From Treponemataceae bacterium (lineage in GTDB: Bacteria; Spirochaetota; Spirochaetia; Treponematales; Rectinemataceae), in the NCBI GenBank assembly GCA_963678065.2, contig CAXXVZ010000003.1, positions 32,001 to 96,000 of the forward strand: DNA of 64,000 bases, in the 5' to 3' direction. The notes below the pieces were generated by a model, which had not been told where the DNA came from, did no database searches, and saw only the letters and a program-made list of their open reading frames with translations. The position numbers and the translations under genes were made by a program. How positions within the stretch are numbered: the stretch's first letter is position 1; the number at the start of each line of letters is the position of its first letter. This document shows, one piece after another, positions 10,288 through 19,315 of this stretch.

Positions 10288-11697
10288 ATGAAAGGTACAG
10301 CCAGCTCTCCCTCATCCGCGAAGGCGGCGCGCGAGTCCCTGCGGGTCGGGGAGCGCGATGGATTCAAATCCGTGCTCGGCGCGTTCACGGCCACCCTGGG
10401 ATCGGCCATCGGGCTTGGCAACATCTGGAAATTTCCGTACCTGACCGGCACGAACGGAGGTGCGGCCTTCGTGTTCGCCTACCTCCTGTGCGTAGCCCTC
10501 GTCGGGCTGCCCATCCTCGTCGCCGAGCACGCGATCGGCCGGCGCATGCGCCTCAACGCGGTGCACGCCTACGGCAGCGTCGTAAAGAACCAGAAGGCCT
10601 GGGCCCTCATCGGCTTCGGCGGTGTGGCCGCGGCCTTCCTCATCATGGCCTTCTACACCGATATCGCGGGCTGGGTTTTCGCCTACGTGTTCAAGTCCGC
10701 GGGCGCCTTTCTGTCCGGGACCGGCCCGCTCACCAAAGAGACCTTCGGCGCGATCGCCGGAGGCACCGTCGAGCCCATCGTCTGGCAGGCCATCGTGATC
10801 GCCGTCGTCACGGCCATCGTCGCGGCGGGTGTCAGCGCCGGGATCGAGAAGATCACCAAGTTCCTCATGCCCGTCCTCCTCGGCCTCCTCATCCTCTGCG
10901 ATATCAGGGCGCTCACCCTGCCCGGCGCCTTCGGGGGAGTGCGCTTCCTCTTCACGCCCGATCTCGGCAAAGTGACCGGCGGCGTGGTCCTCGCGGCGCT
11001 CGGGCTCTCCTTCTTCAAACTTTCCCTCGGCATGGGAACCATGACGACATACGGATCATACCTTCCTGATGAGACGAGAATCGTGCCGAACGCCGCCAGG
11101 GTCGCCCTGGCGGACACTCTCGTCTCTCTCCTCGCCGGCCTCGCCATCTTCCCCGCTGTCTTCGCCTTCGGCTTCGAGCCCGCTGCGGGTCCGGGCCTCC
11201 TCTTCATATCGATCCCCATGATCTTCGCGAAGATGCCTCTTGGCGGGCTTTTCACGACAGTCTTTTTCATCCTCGCGGCCATCGCGACGATCGGCGCCAT
11301 GATTTCCCTCATCGAGGTGCCGACCGCCTGGCTGGCCGAGAAGGGCAGGATGTCGAGGAAGACGGCGGCTGTCGCGAGCGGTACGGTGATGTTCGCGCTC
11401 GGCCTCCTCGCTACACTCTCGCAGAACCCGATCCTCGCGGAAGTCAAAATATTCGGGAAGAACTTCTTCGACATCTTCGACTTCGCGTCGTCCAACCTGA
11501 TTCTGCCCGTCGGCGGCATCGCCATAGCGCTCGTCGCCGGCTGGATGCTGTCGAAGAAAGATTTCGTGGGAGAGCTGGACAAGGGATACGCTTCGACGCC
11601 TTGGTACACGAAGACAGTCTACGCCTTCATCAAGTTTGTCGCCCCCGTCATGACCATCCTCATCCTGCTGAACGGGCTGGGGGTCATAAAGCTCTGA
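10288..11697 (+). CDS. Sodium-dependent transporter (NSS/SNF family)
   Basis: GSAIGLGNIWKFPY, FFKLSLGMG, YGSY, GPGLLF motifs. Confidence 0.92.
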   Translation: MKGTASSPSSAKAARESLRVGERDGFKSVLGAFTATLGSAIGLGNIWKFPYLTGTNGGAAFVFAYLLCVALVGLPILVAEHAIGRRMRLNAVHAYGSVVKNQKAWALIGFGGVAAAFLIMAFYTDIAGWVFAYVFKSAGAFLSGTGPLTKETFGAIAGGTVEPIVWQAIVIAVVTAIVAAGVSAGIEKITKFLMPVLLGLLILCDIRALTLPGAFGGVRFLFTPDLGKVTGGVVLAALGLSFFKLSLGMGTMTTYGSYLPDETRIVPNAARVALADTLVSLLAGLAIFPAVFAFGFEPAAGPGLLFISIPMIFAKMPLGGLFTTVFFILAAIATIGAMISLIEVPTAWLAEKGRMSRKTAAVASGTVMFALGLLATLSQNPILAEVKIFGKNFFDIFDFASSNLILPVGGIAIALVAGWMLSKKDFVGELDKGYASTPWYTKTVYAFIKFVAPVMTILILLNGLGVIKL

Positions 11698-11764
11698 GTT
11701 CAGCCATGCCTGCCCGCTCCTGACGCGGAGCGACGCCAGCCGGCGACGATCCGCGCAGGCTCCG

Positions 11765-12784
11765 TCACCGGCCCGTCAGCCCCATTTTGCACAGATGATC
11801 GCAGAAGACGCAGGGGTCAGCCACCTTTCCGGGAAAGCGGAGCCCTTTTTGTTCGAGGAGCTTCCTCGTCGAGGCGAGACCCACCGAGTAGCAGGCCGCG
11901 ATGTGCGGGTTGACGGAGGCTGAGCGCATGAGGCTCTCGTAATCGTCGATCCCGAGCTGCCCGGCCACAAGTTCGGGGCTCTCGTTCGCGAAGCCGCAGC
12001 AGACGGCTATCCTGCCGTCGGGGTGGACGTAGAAGACATTGCCCGGACCCCGGCAGAAATCGTCTTCGAACCAACCCCCGTCGTCCCAGCGCGAGTCGCC
12101 CGCGGGCGGAGAATAGGGAATGCGCACGAAACAGACCGAGAGAGCCTCGCGGTCGTCGAATCCCGGATCGTCGTAGCCCTCGTCGTCGACATCTCCCGGG
12201 TCGGCGCCATCGCCGACGCCAAAACCATCAGGGTCGGCGATGAGGGCCGGCAATCCCTCCTCCATGACGAGTTCGCCGCCGAGATCCCGCGCGAGTTCGC
12301 GGAATTTTGCGAAGAGCGGCGCGTCGTCGGGCGAGTCCACCCACGTGATCTCTACGCAGTCCTTCCGGCCCCAGATGTCGAAGACTGCCTCGAAGAAGGC
12401 GACGAGGCGATCGGTTTCCTGGCCGTGGTATGAGTCGACGCTGACGCCGAAGGTGCCGTCGAATCCCGCCTCGAAGAGCCGGGAGAGGACTGCGCGCAGA
12501 TGGGCTTTGTCGCGGTACCAGACGGCGTTCGTCATGAGTCTGTCGAACACGAAATCGAGGCGCACGGCGACTTCCGAGACCGCGCAGAGGAAATCCGGCT
12601 CGAGGAAGGGTTCGCCGCCGGAGAATCCGATCCTGTCGATCCCATGAGGTCTGCACGACTCCATGAGGGCGATCGCGTCGGATATCCTGAGGGTTTCGCG
12701 CGGGCGCGAGACCCTGCAGTGCGCACATTTCAGGTTGCACTGGCCCGTGGGCGCGAAGATCAACTCTTCCGGTGTGAATGCCAT
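11765..12784 (-). CDS. Radical SAM protein with SPASM/twitch-like C-terminal domain
   Basis: CNLKCAHC, FSGGEPFL, C-terminal CRG...HPDGRIAVCC...CVFC. Confidence 0.85.
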   Translation of the reverse strand: MAFTPEELIFAPTGQCNLKCAHCRVSRPRETLRISDAIALMESCRPHGIDRIGFSGGEPFLEPDFLCAVSEVAVRLDFVFDRLMTNAVWYRDKAHLRAVLSRLFEAGFDGTFGVSVDSYHGQETDRLVAFFEAVFDIWGRKDCVEITWVDSPDDAPLFAKFRELARDLGGELVMEEGLPALIADPDGFGVGDGADPGDVDDEGYDDPGFDDREALSVCFVRIPYSPPAGDSRWDDGGWFEDDFCRGPGNVFYVHPDGRIAVCCGFANESPELVAGQLGIDDYESLMRSASVNPHIAACYSVGLASTRKLLEQKGLRFPGKVADPCVFCDHLCKMGLTGR

Positions 12785-12884
12785 GAGGTTCCTCTCATGC
12801 AAGTATCGCCTGCGGACGGAATGATGTCGAGTGTCGTCTGCCCGGGCCCTGACCGTGGGCCCCGGCCGTGATAGAATTGTGCCC

Positions 12885-13571
12885 ATGCCGGACACAGCAT
12901 TCCGAATACTCGTCGTCGAAGACGACGAGCGCATACGCTCACTCCTCTCGGAGGCCCTCGCGCGCTGGGAGTTCGAGGTGGTGCATCCCGATGGCTTCGC
13001 GCGCGTGGCTGAGGAAACGCTCCGGCTCGAACCGCATCTCGCCATCCTCGACGTCAATCTGCCTGTCCTGGACGGCTTCGAGTGGTGCCGCAGAATCAGG
13101 GCCTTCTCACGAATCCCCGTCATCATGATTTCGGCGAGGGACTCGGGCCCTGACACTCTGATGGGACTGTCTTCCGGCGCGGACGACTATGTGGCCAAAC
13201 CTTTTTCGGTCGAGGTCCTCGTCGCGAAAGTTCGCGCACTCCTGCGGAGGTCCTACGACTACGCGGTCGAGGAGCCGACAAGGCTCCTGCGCGGGGACCT
13301 CATCCTGGACCTCGCGAGGGCCGTCGTCGCGCGGGGAGCCGCGAAGGCGGAGCTCAGCAAAAACGAACTCCTCATACTGTCCAGCCTCATGCGCGCGCAG
13401 GGGGGAGTCGTCTCCCGGGACGAACTCGCGACCGCCCTCTGGAGGGACGAGGTCTTCGTGGACGACAACACCCTCACCGTCAACATGAGCAGGCTCAGAC
13501 AGAAACTCGCCGAGCTCGGCGCGGTCGAGGCCGTGAAGACGATCAAGGGACGGGGATACATCCTCCCGTGA
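12885..13571 (+). CDS. OmpR-family response regulator (BceR/GraR-like)
   Basis: LDVNLPVLDGFEWCRRIR, GADDYVAKPF, FVDDNTLTVNMSRLR. Confidence 0.9.
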   Translation: MPDTAFRILVVEDDERIRSLLSEALARWEFEVVHPDGFARVAEETLRLEPHLAILDVNLPVLDGFEWCRRIRAFSRIPVIMISARDSGPDTLMGLSSGADDYVAKPFSVEVLVAKVRALLRRSYDYAVEEPTRLLRGDLILDLARAVVARGAAKAELSKNELLILSSLMRAQGGVVSRDELATALWRDEVFVDDNTLTVNMSRLRQKLAELGAVEAVKTIKGRGYILP

Positions 13572-14716
13572 GCTTCGCCGACTGGGTTTTCGACAGGAGA
13601 GCTCTCCTCGCGGGTACAGCCCTCGGAGTCTTCGCCGGGGCCGCTGTCCTCGCCCTGTCCCCCGAACCCGTTTCCGGGGCGGTCTTTCTGGGCGACCTCT
13701 CGTATGCCTGCGCCCTCGCGGCGGTGGGATTCGCATCCGGGCTCGCGGCTGACTTCCTCGTGCACAGGCGTCTTCTTTGCGCGGCGAGGGATATCTCTCC
13801 ACGGGGAGGCGAAAGTCTTTCGGAGCTTCTGTTCCGTCTTTCCTCCGCTCCGGCGCCGTCGGGGAGGCTAGGCGCAGCGGCCTCTCTCGCCCTGTCCTCG
13901 GCGCGGATCTGCGCTGCGGCGAGGGTGGAAGGCGCCGCGCGCGAAACCCAGGACCGCTCCCGGGAGGACGGTTTCGCCGCCCTCATCCACGAACTCAAGA
14001 CTCCGGTCACCGCGCTCCGTCTCTACGCAGAAAAACAGTCGCGCCTGTCCGAGCTCTCCCCGGGCGAGGCTGAACTCCTTGACCTCCTCGGCGGGGAGCT
14101 GGACCGCATCGACTCGATCCTCGAGCGGGGACTCTTCGCTTCCCGGGCCGAAAGCTTCGCCTCCGACTACCTCATCGAAGAGACCGATCTCCGGACCCTT
14201 GCGGCGAGGACGGCCTCACGTTTCGCCAAAGCCTTCGTGGCGGGTGGCATATCCTTCTCTCTCGGCACGGGAACGGCCAAGGTGCTGACCGACCCGAAGT
14301 GGCTTTCCTTCGTGATCTCGCAGGTCTTCTCCAATTCGCTCAAGTACGTCCCACGGGGGGGATCGGTATCCCTGCGGGTCATCCCCGCCCCCGGGCTGGA
14401 CCCGGAACCCCGTTCAGGGGCCTTGAACGGGGCGGGCGCGGCCCTCCGCGAGGACCGCCTCGTCATAGAAGACTCGGGGCCCGGCTTCGCGCCCGAGGAT
14501 CTTCCGCGCGTCTTCGACCGCGGATACAGCTCGGCCTCGGGCCGGGCCGAGCGGGCCGGAGCCGCCTGCGCCCAGACGGGCATGGGGCTCTACCTCGCCT
14601 CTCGTCTCTGCGCGAGGCTCGGCCACTCCATCGATGCCGGGAACGGGGAATCCGGTGGGGCCCGGATCGTTCTCGGCTTCCCCCGCTCAGATTCCTCATT
14701 TCTTTCAAAAACGTAA
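13568..14716 (+). CDS. Intramembrane-sensing histidine kinase (BceS/GraS-like)
   Basis: Two TMs with a tiny loop; IHELKTP; TDPKWLSFVISQVFSNSLKY; TGMGLYL. Confidence 0.85.
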   Translation: MSFADWVFDRRALLAGTALGVFAGAAVLALSPEPVSGAVFLGDLSYACALAAVGFASGLAADFLVHRRLLCAARDISPRGGESLSELLFRLSSAPAPSGRLGAAASLALSSARICAAARVEGAARETQDRSREDGFAALIHELKTPVTALRLYAEKQSRLSELSPGEAELLDLLGGELDRIDSILERGLFASRAESFASDYLIEETDLRTLAARTASRFAKAFVAGGISFSLGTGTAKVLTDPKWLSFVISQVFSNSLKYVPRGGSVSLRVIPAPGLDPEPRSGALNGAGAALREDRLVIEDSGPGFAPEDLPRVFDRGYSSASGRAERAGAACAQTGMGLYLASRLCARLGHSIDAGNGESGGARIVLGFPRSDSSFLSKT

Positions 14717-14738
14717 GGCTCTGCGCCCGCCCGGCAAG
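14703..14738 (+). promoter_or_regulatory. Candidate BceR-type binding site upstream of the ABC ATPase
   Basis: TTTCA-AAAA-CGTAAG resembles TNACA-N4-TGTAA; it overlaps the kinase stop codon, with a second half-site GGCAAG 21 bp later. Confidence 0.5.
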
Positions 14739-14802
14739 GAATATCGATGGATGTCTTTCGCCCCGGAAGATAACTTTTCCCGGCATGCAAGGAGTTCTGA
14801 CA

Positions 14803-15558
14803 ATGGAAACAGTTCTGTCCGCGAAAGGAGTCACCAAGGTCTACGGTTCCCGCGGCGCCCTCTATCCCGCCCTCGGCGGAGTCGACCTCGACATCCGCCG
14901 GGGCGAGTTCATCGGCATCATGGGGCCCTCCGGTTCGGGAAAGACGACCCTCCTCAACCTCCTCGCGGCCATCGATACGCCCACATCGGGCACGATCAGC
15001 TTCGGCGGCGTCGATCTGTCGCAGATGGACCGTGCACAGATGGCGCGCTTCAGGCGCGACCGCCTCGGCTTCATATTCCAGGATTTCAACCTTCTCGACA
15101 CCCTCGGAGTCCTCGAAAATGTCGAGCTGCCTCTCGCTCTCGCCGGAAGACCGGCCGCGGAAGTGCGGTCGCGCGCCCTGGCCGCCATCTCGAAGCTCGG
15201 CATTGACGATATCGCTGCCAAACGGCCCTGGGAGATATCGGGAGGACAGAAGCAGCGGACGGCCGCGGCCCGCGCCATCGTGTCCGGACCCGAACTCGTG
15301 CTCGCGGACGAACCGACAGGCAATCTGGATTCCCGCTCTTCCCGCGAGCTTCTGCAGTCGCTCTCGGAGATCAACGAGAGGGACGGCGCCACAATCCTCG
15401 TAGTCACACACGATGCCTTCACCGCGAGCTGGTGCCGGAGGATCGTCCTCCTCAAGGACGGAAAAGTTTTCGGCGAGATCGTCCGCGGCGACGGCCGCGC
15501 GGAGTTTTTCGACCGCATCATCGATGCGCTGCGCGTGCTGGAAGGAGGGGACCGATGA
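14803..15558 (+). CDS. BceA-like ABC ATPase
   Basis: GPSGSGKTT, GFIFQDFNLLDTL, ISGGQKQRTAAARA, VTHDAFTASWC. Confidence 0.9.
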   Translation: METVLSAKGVTKVYGSRGALYPALGGVDLDIRRGEFIGIMGPSGSGKTTLLNLLAAIDTPTSGTISFGGVDLSQMDRAQMARFRRDRLGFIFQDFNLLDTLGVLENVELPLALAGRPAAEVRSRALAAISKLGIDDIAAKRPWEISGGQKQRTAAARAIVSGPELVLADEPTGNLDSRSSRELLQSLSEINERDGATILVVTHDAFTASWCRRIVLLKDGKVFGEIVRGDGRAEFFDRIIDALRVLEGGDR

Positions 15559-17510
15559 CTCTCGCCGCCACGGCCCTCAGAAATGTGACGCGTTCGGCTC
15601 GCACCTACCGTCTCTGGTTCCTGTCGGTGGCCTCATCCGCCTGCGTTTTCTACCTCTTCATGGTCGCGGCCTACGAGAAAAACATCGCCGCCCTCGTCGG
15701 CTCGAGAGCGAGCCTCAGGCTGGGGATGACGATCGCGGCCATAATCCTGGCCATTTTTACCGCCGTATTCATGGCCTATTCCGCCGGATTCTTTGTCCGC
15801 GGCCGCTACCGGGAGATAGGACTCTACCGTCTCTTCGGCGTCGGGCGCGGACGGATCGCCCTCATGCTCCTCGCCGAGAACGCTCTCGCGGGCGCTCTCG
15901 CCCTCGCGGCGGGAATAGCGGCGGGAGTCTTTCTCTCCAAGTTCTTTCTCATGGGATTCGCGCGCGTCCTCGACATCGAACTCAGGATCGGCCTCGTCGT
16001 CGATCCCCGGGCGGCCGCGGCGACGGTCGTGGTCTTCTCGATCCTCGTCATGGCGGCCTCGGCCATCTCGACGCTCGGCGTGTTCAAAAGCCGGCTCGCA
16101 GGACTGTTCCAGGCCGAACGCGCCTCCGAAAAGCCCTGGCGCCTCGACCCCACGCTTGGCGCAATCTCGATCCCCGTGCTGGCCGGATCCTACGCCCTCG
16201 CGCTCTCCACGACCCCCCGCACGCTCCTCGTCAACATGATCGTCGTCAGCGTCCTCGTGACCCTCGGCACCTGGGCCTTCGCGCGCGGCGCAGCGGGCCT
16301 TCTCGTGGGCGTCCTTCGCAAGAATGACAGGATCTTCCTGAACGGGAGCCGCATGATCGCGCTCTCCAACATCGCGCACCGGATCGGTTCGAACGCCCGA
16401 GTCTTCTTCATCATCGCGATGGTGAGCGCTGTCTCGATGATAGCCCTGGGCATCGGCCTCAATGTGAAATACTCCCTGGAATCCTCGATGGGCTCGTATT
16501 TTCCCAACCAACTCAGCCTCATCTCGGCAAATGAAGCTCCGAGGCTCGCGATCCGCGAGGAGCTCGCGAGGTCGGGAATCGCGGCCGAAGAAGTGCTGAA
16601 AGTGCCAGTCATGTCCGCGCGCCGCGTCGATCGCAGGATGGAAAACGGCTATTATCTGCCGGCGGGAATCATGGTCTACTCCGCCTCCGACTATGCGGCC
16701 CTCGCGAAAAGCCGCGACAGGGATTGGGAATCCGCTGCGGCCGCGCTCGGCAGTCTGGCTTCCGGCCAGGCCGCGATCATCGAGCCGCAGGACGAGTCGG
16801 CGGCGCGCTACCTGGGTATGGACATGGAGCTGGCCTTCGGCGGCTCTCAGACCGCGCAGACCATCTTCGACGTGAGCTCGAGGGTCCGCATGCCCGCAGC
16901 GAACGTGTACCGCAGCAAGGACGCTATCGCCATTCCGGACACCGAGTGGAAGCTGCTCGCGGAACGATTTCCCGGCGCCGTTTCCGTGCAGGCTGATTAC
17001 AGCCTTTCTGATCCCAAGGCCGCGCTTCCCATCCTCGAAAAAGCCAGGGCCGATACGGCGAACAAGGTCGACGTCGAGGCGCGGATCTTCCTCAGGGACC
17101 TCGCGAGGGGCTTCAACATCTACCTGTTCGCGGGAGGATTTCTCGGCCTTGTCTTCCTCTTCTGTGTCTGCTCGGTTCTTCACTTCAAACAACTCATGGA
17201 CGCGAGGGAGGACAGGGCGCGGTTCGACACACTGCGGAAGATCGGCATGGCGCGTCGGGACGAAATCAGGATAGCCATCTTCCAGGTTCTGCCCCTCTAC
17301 GGCATTCCCCTGGGCCTCGCCGTCTCGCACGGGGCCTTCGCCCTCGCCACCATGTCGAAGGTGCTGGGCGAGAACTTCACTCTGCCGATACTCGTGAACC
17401 TGGCCTGCTTTTCCCTCGTCTTCGTCTGCTTCGCCGCCCTGACCGCGCGCGCCTACCTCAGGACGGCGGGCGGGTCTGACTTCAGGTCGCAGGAATCGGG
17501 GTCGGGCTGA
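15555..17510 (+). CDS. BceB-like (FtsX family) ABC permease
   Basis: About 10 TMs with a large loop before the last three; REIGLY..LG-like motif, LHFKQL, LRKIGM. Confidence 0.85.
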   Translation: MTLAATALRNVTRSARTYRLWFLSVASSACVFYLFMVAAYEKNIAALVGSRASLRLGMTIAAIILAIFTAVFMAYSAGFFVRGRYREIGLYRLFGVGRGRIALMLLAENALAGALALAAGIAAGVFLSKFFLMGFARVLDIELRIGLVVDPRAAAATVVVFSILVMAASAISTLGVFKSRLAGLFQAERASEKPWRLDPTLGAISIPVLAGSYALALSTTPRTLLVNMIVVSVLVTLGTWAFARGAAGLLVGVLRKNDRIFLNGSRMIALSNIAHRIGSNARVFFIIAMVSAVSMIALGIGLNVKYSLESSMGSYFPNQLSLISANEAPRLAIREELARSGIAAEEVLKVPVMSARRVDRRMENGYYLPAGIMVYSASDYAALAKSRDRDWESAAAALGSLASGQAAIIEPQDESAARYLGMDMELAFGGSQTAQTIFDVSSRVRMPAANVYRSKDAIAIPDTEWKLLAERFPGAVSVQADYSLSDPKAALPILEKARADTANKVDVEARIFLRDLARGFNIYLFAGGFLGLVFLFCVCSVLHFKQLMDAREDRARFDTLRKIGMARRDEIRIAIFQVLPLYGIPLGLAVSHGAFALATMSKVLGENFTLPILVNLACFSLVFVCFAALTARAYLRTAGGSDFRSQESGSG

Positions 17511-17575
17511 AGGGCGAAAGATCGCCGTGGTGCAGGGGAAGCCGGTTTCGGCTTTCTCAAGGCTCAAAGACTCCG

Positions 17576-19234
17576 TCAAACTGTCACGGTGTCGAAAAAA
17601 TGTGTGGTGTTGCGGCCCTTGTCCTTGGCCCGGTAAAGCGCCCTGTCGGCCTTCGCGTAGAGCAGTTCGAAGGATTCCTGGCGATCGGTGTCCGCCAGAA
17701 CCGCTCCGATGCTGATGGAGAGTCTGAGAAGTCTGTCCTCCGCGCCGAACTCCGTGTCCGCGATTCCGGAAACCAGCGCGTGGGCGGCGGCGCGCAGGTC
17801 CTCATCGCTTCCCCGTTCCATGAAAATGCCGAACTCATCGCCGCCCAGCCGGCCGAAGAGGTCATCTGGCTCGAGGAGGACTGACATCCTGTGCGCGAAG
17901 GCGGCGAGGATCCTGTCGCCCTCCGAATGTCCCATCGTATCGTTTATCCACTTGAAGTAGTCGATGTCGACCACGAGAAATGCGTATCTGCGAATGCTGC
18001 TTCCCGCTTCGAGAGCCATCTCGACCTTCGCGATGAAGCATTCCCTGTTGAGGACTCCCGTGAGTCCGTCGGTCTCTGCCCTGACCCTGAGGATTTCGCC
18101 TTGCCTGAAAAGCTCGGTGCTGTCGCGGATGATGGCCAGCCATCCGACGGGCGCCGAATCGGCCACAAGCGGATACATGGTGATTTCATAGCGAAATGAA
18201 GACAGATCCGGGCCGTTTTTGCGATGCGGCGCCTCTGTTTCACGGGGGAGCGGCGCCGGGTCTTCGTCCGCCGGGACATCCGGTGTTCCGGCCGGCGGGT
18301 CGGAGGAGGCCAGCGTCATGCCGAAAACAGTTTTCGTCTGCCCCGCGATCGCCCTGTGGAACTCGGAAAGGTCACCGCGAATGACGAGTTCGGGATTGTC
18401 GGGATCATCGGGAAAAGCCCGCGCAAGGAATTTCTTCGCGGCATCGTTCGAGTCGAGGATGAGGCCCTCCTCGGAAAAGACGAGTACGCCGTCGTCGATG
18501 ACTTCCAGGACTTTCTCCCGGGCAAGGGGTGTGACGGCGAGGAAGCCGTGGCGCCGCACGCCATAGTAGACGATGGCGCAGCTCGGAATGAAAAAGACGG
18601 ATATGGGGATCGGTATCGGGATGATTTCGGAGATCGCGCTCACGATCAGACCGGAAGCCGCCGGAATCGCGGTCCCGATGAGGATGGCGAGTACCTGCGG
18701 CCGGTTCCTGCGGGGAACTTTGAAGAGGAAAGCGAAAAACCGGACCTCGGCCAGGACAGCCAGGAAATAATTGAAGGAGACGAATACCATTCCCGCGAGA
18801 GTCTGGCAGACAATGAGAGTGCTGTGGCTGGGAGTCAGGCTGATTCCTGTCCGCTCCCTCATGATGTGGTGCGTCCCGTCCGTGAAGATGAGGGAGAGTG
18901 CGACGAGCTGGATGGCGAGCGCTGCGAGCATCAGATGCCGTGTCCGGCGGGAACTGTCGCCCGTGTAGGCCCCGGCGAACAGATTGACGGCGAGTGGAGC
19001 GAGGAAGACTCCGATCTGCGTGAAATTCCGCCACAGCAGTTTCGCCCCGAAGGTATCCGAAATACCTTCGAAAAAACTGCCCGTCGCCCAGAGGATGAGG
19101 GTGGCGACTATGAGAGTGAACTCGGTGCCGCCGCGTTTCCCGATCTTGCCTGAGATCAGGGCGAGGATAGTCGCGAGTGTTCCGATCGAAGCCACATTCA
19201 GGAAAGTCTGGATGAAACTGTCGAGACTGTTCAA
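17576..19234 (-). CDS. Membrane (HisKA_7TM-like)-PAS-GGDEF diguanylate cyclase
   Basis: Seven TMs; PAS-like DDGVLVFSEEG; TDGLTGVLNR, DIDYFK, RLGGDEF, ADRALYRAK. Confidence 0.9.
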   Translation of the reverse strand: MNSLDSFIQTFLNVASIGTLATILALISGKIGKRGGTEFTLIVATLILWATGSFFEGISDTFGAKLLWRNFTQIGVFLAPLAVNLFAGAYTGDSSRRTRHLMLAALAIQLVALSLIFTDGTHHIMRERTGISLTPSHSTLIVCQTLAGMVFVSFNYFLAVLAEVRFFAFLFKVPRRNRPQVLAILIGTAIPAASGLIVSAISEIIPIPIPISVFFIPSCAIVYYGVRRHGFLAVTPLAREKVLEVIDDGVLVFSEEGLILDSNDAAKKFLARAFPDDPDNPELVIRGDLSEFHRAIAGQTKTVFGMTLASSDPPAGTPDVPADEDPAPLPRETEAPHRKNGPDLSSFRYEITMYPLVADSAPVGWLAIIRDSTELFRQGEILRVRAETDGLTGVLNRECFIAKVEMALEAGSSIRRYAFLVVDIDYFKWINDTMGHSEGDRILAAFAHRMSVLLEPDDLFGRLGGDEFGIFMERGSDEDLRAAAHALVSGIADTEFGAEDRLLRLSISIGAVLADTDRQESFELLYAKADRALYRAKDKGRNTTHFFDTVTV

Positions 19235-19315
19235 CCTGGTTCCTTCCTGTCCGGAGCGGTCAATGATGATAGATACTAATTTGTGCAGGTGAGGGAGTCA
19301 AGTTTTCCCGCTCTT

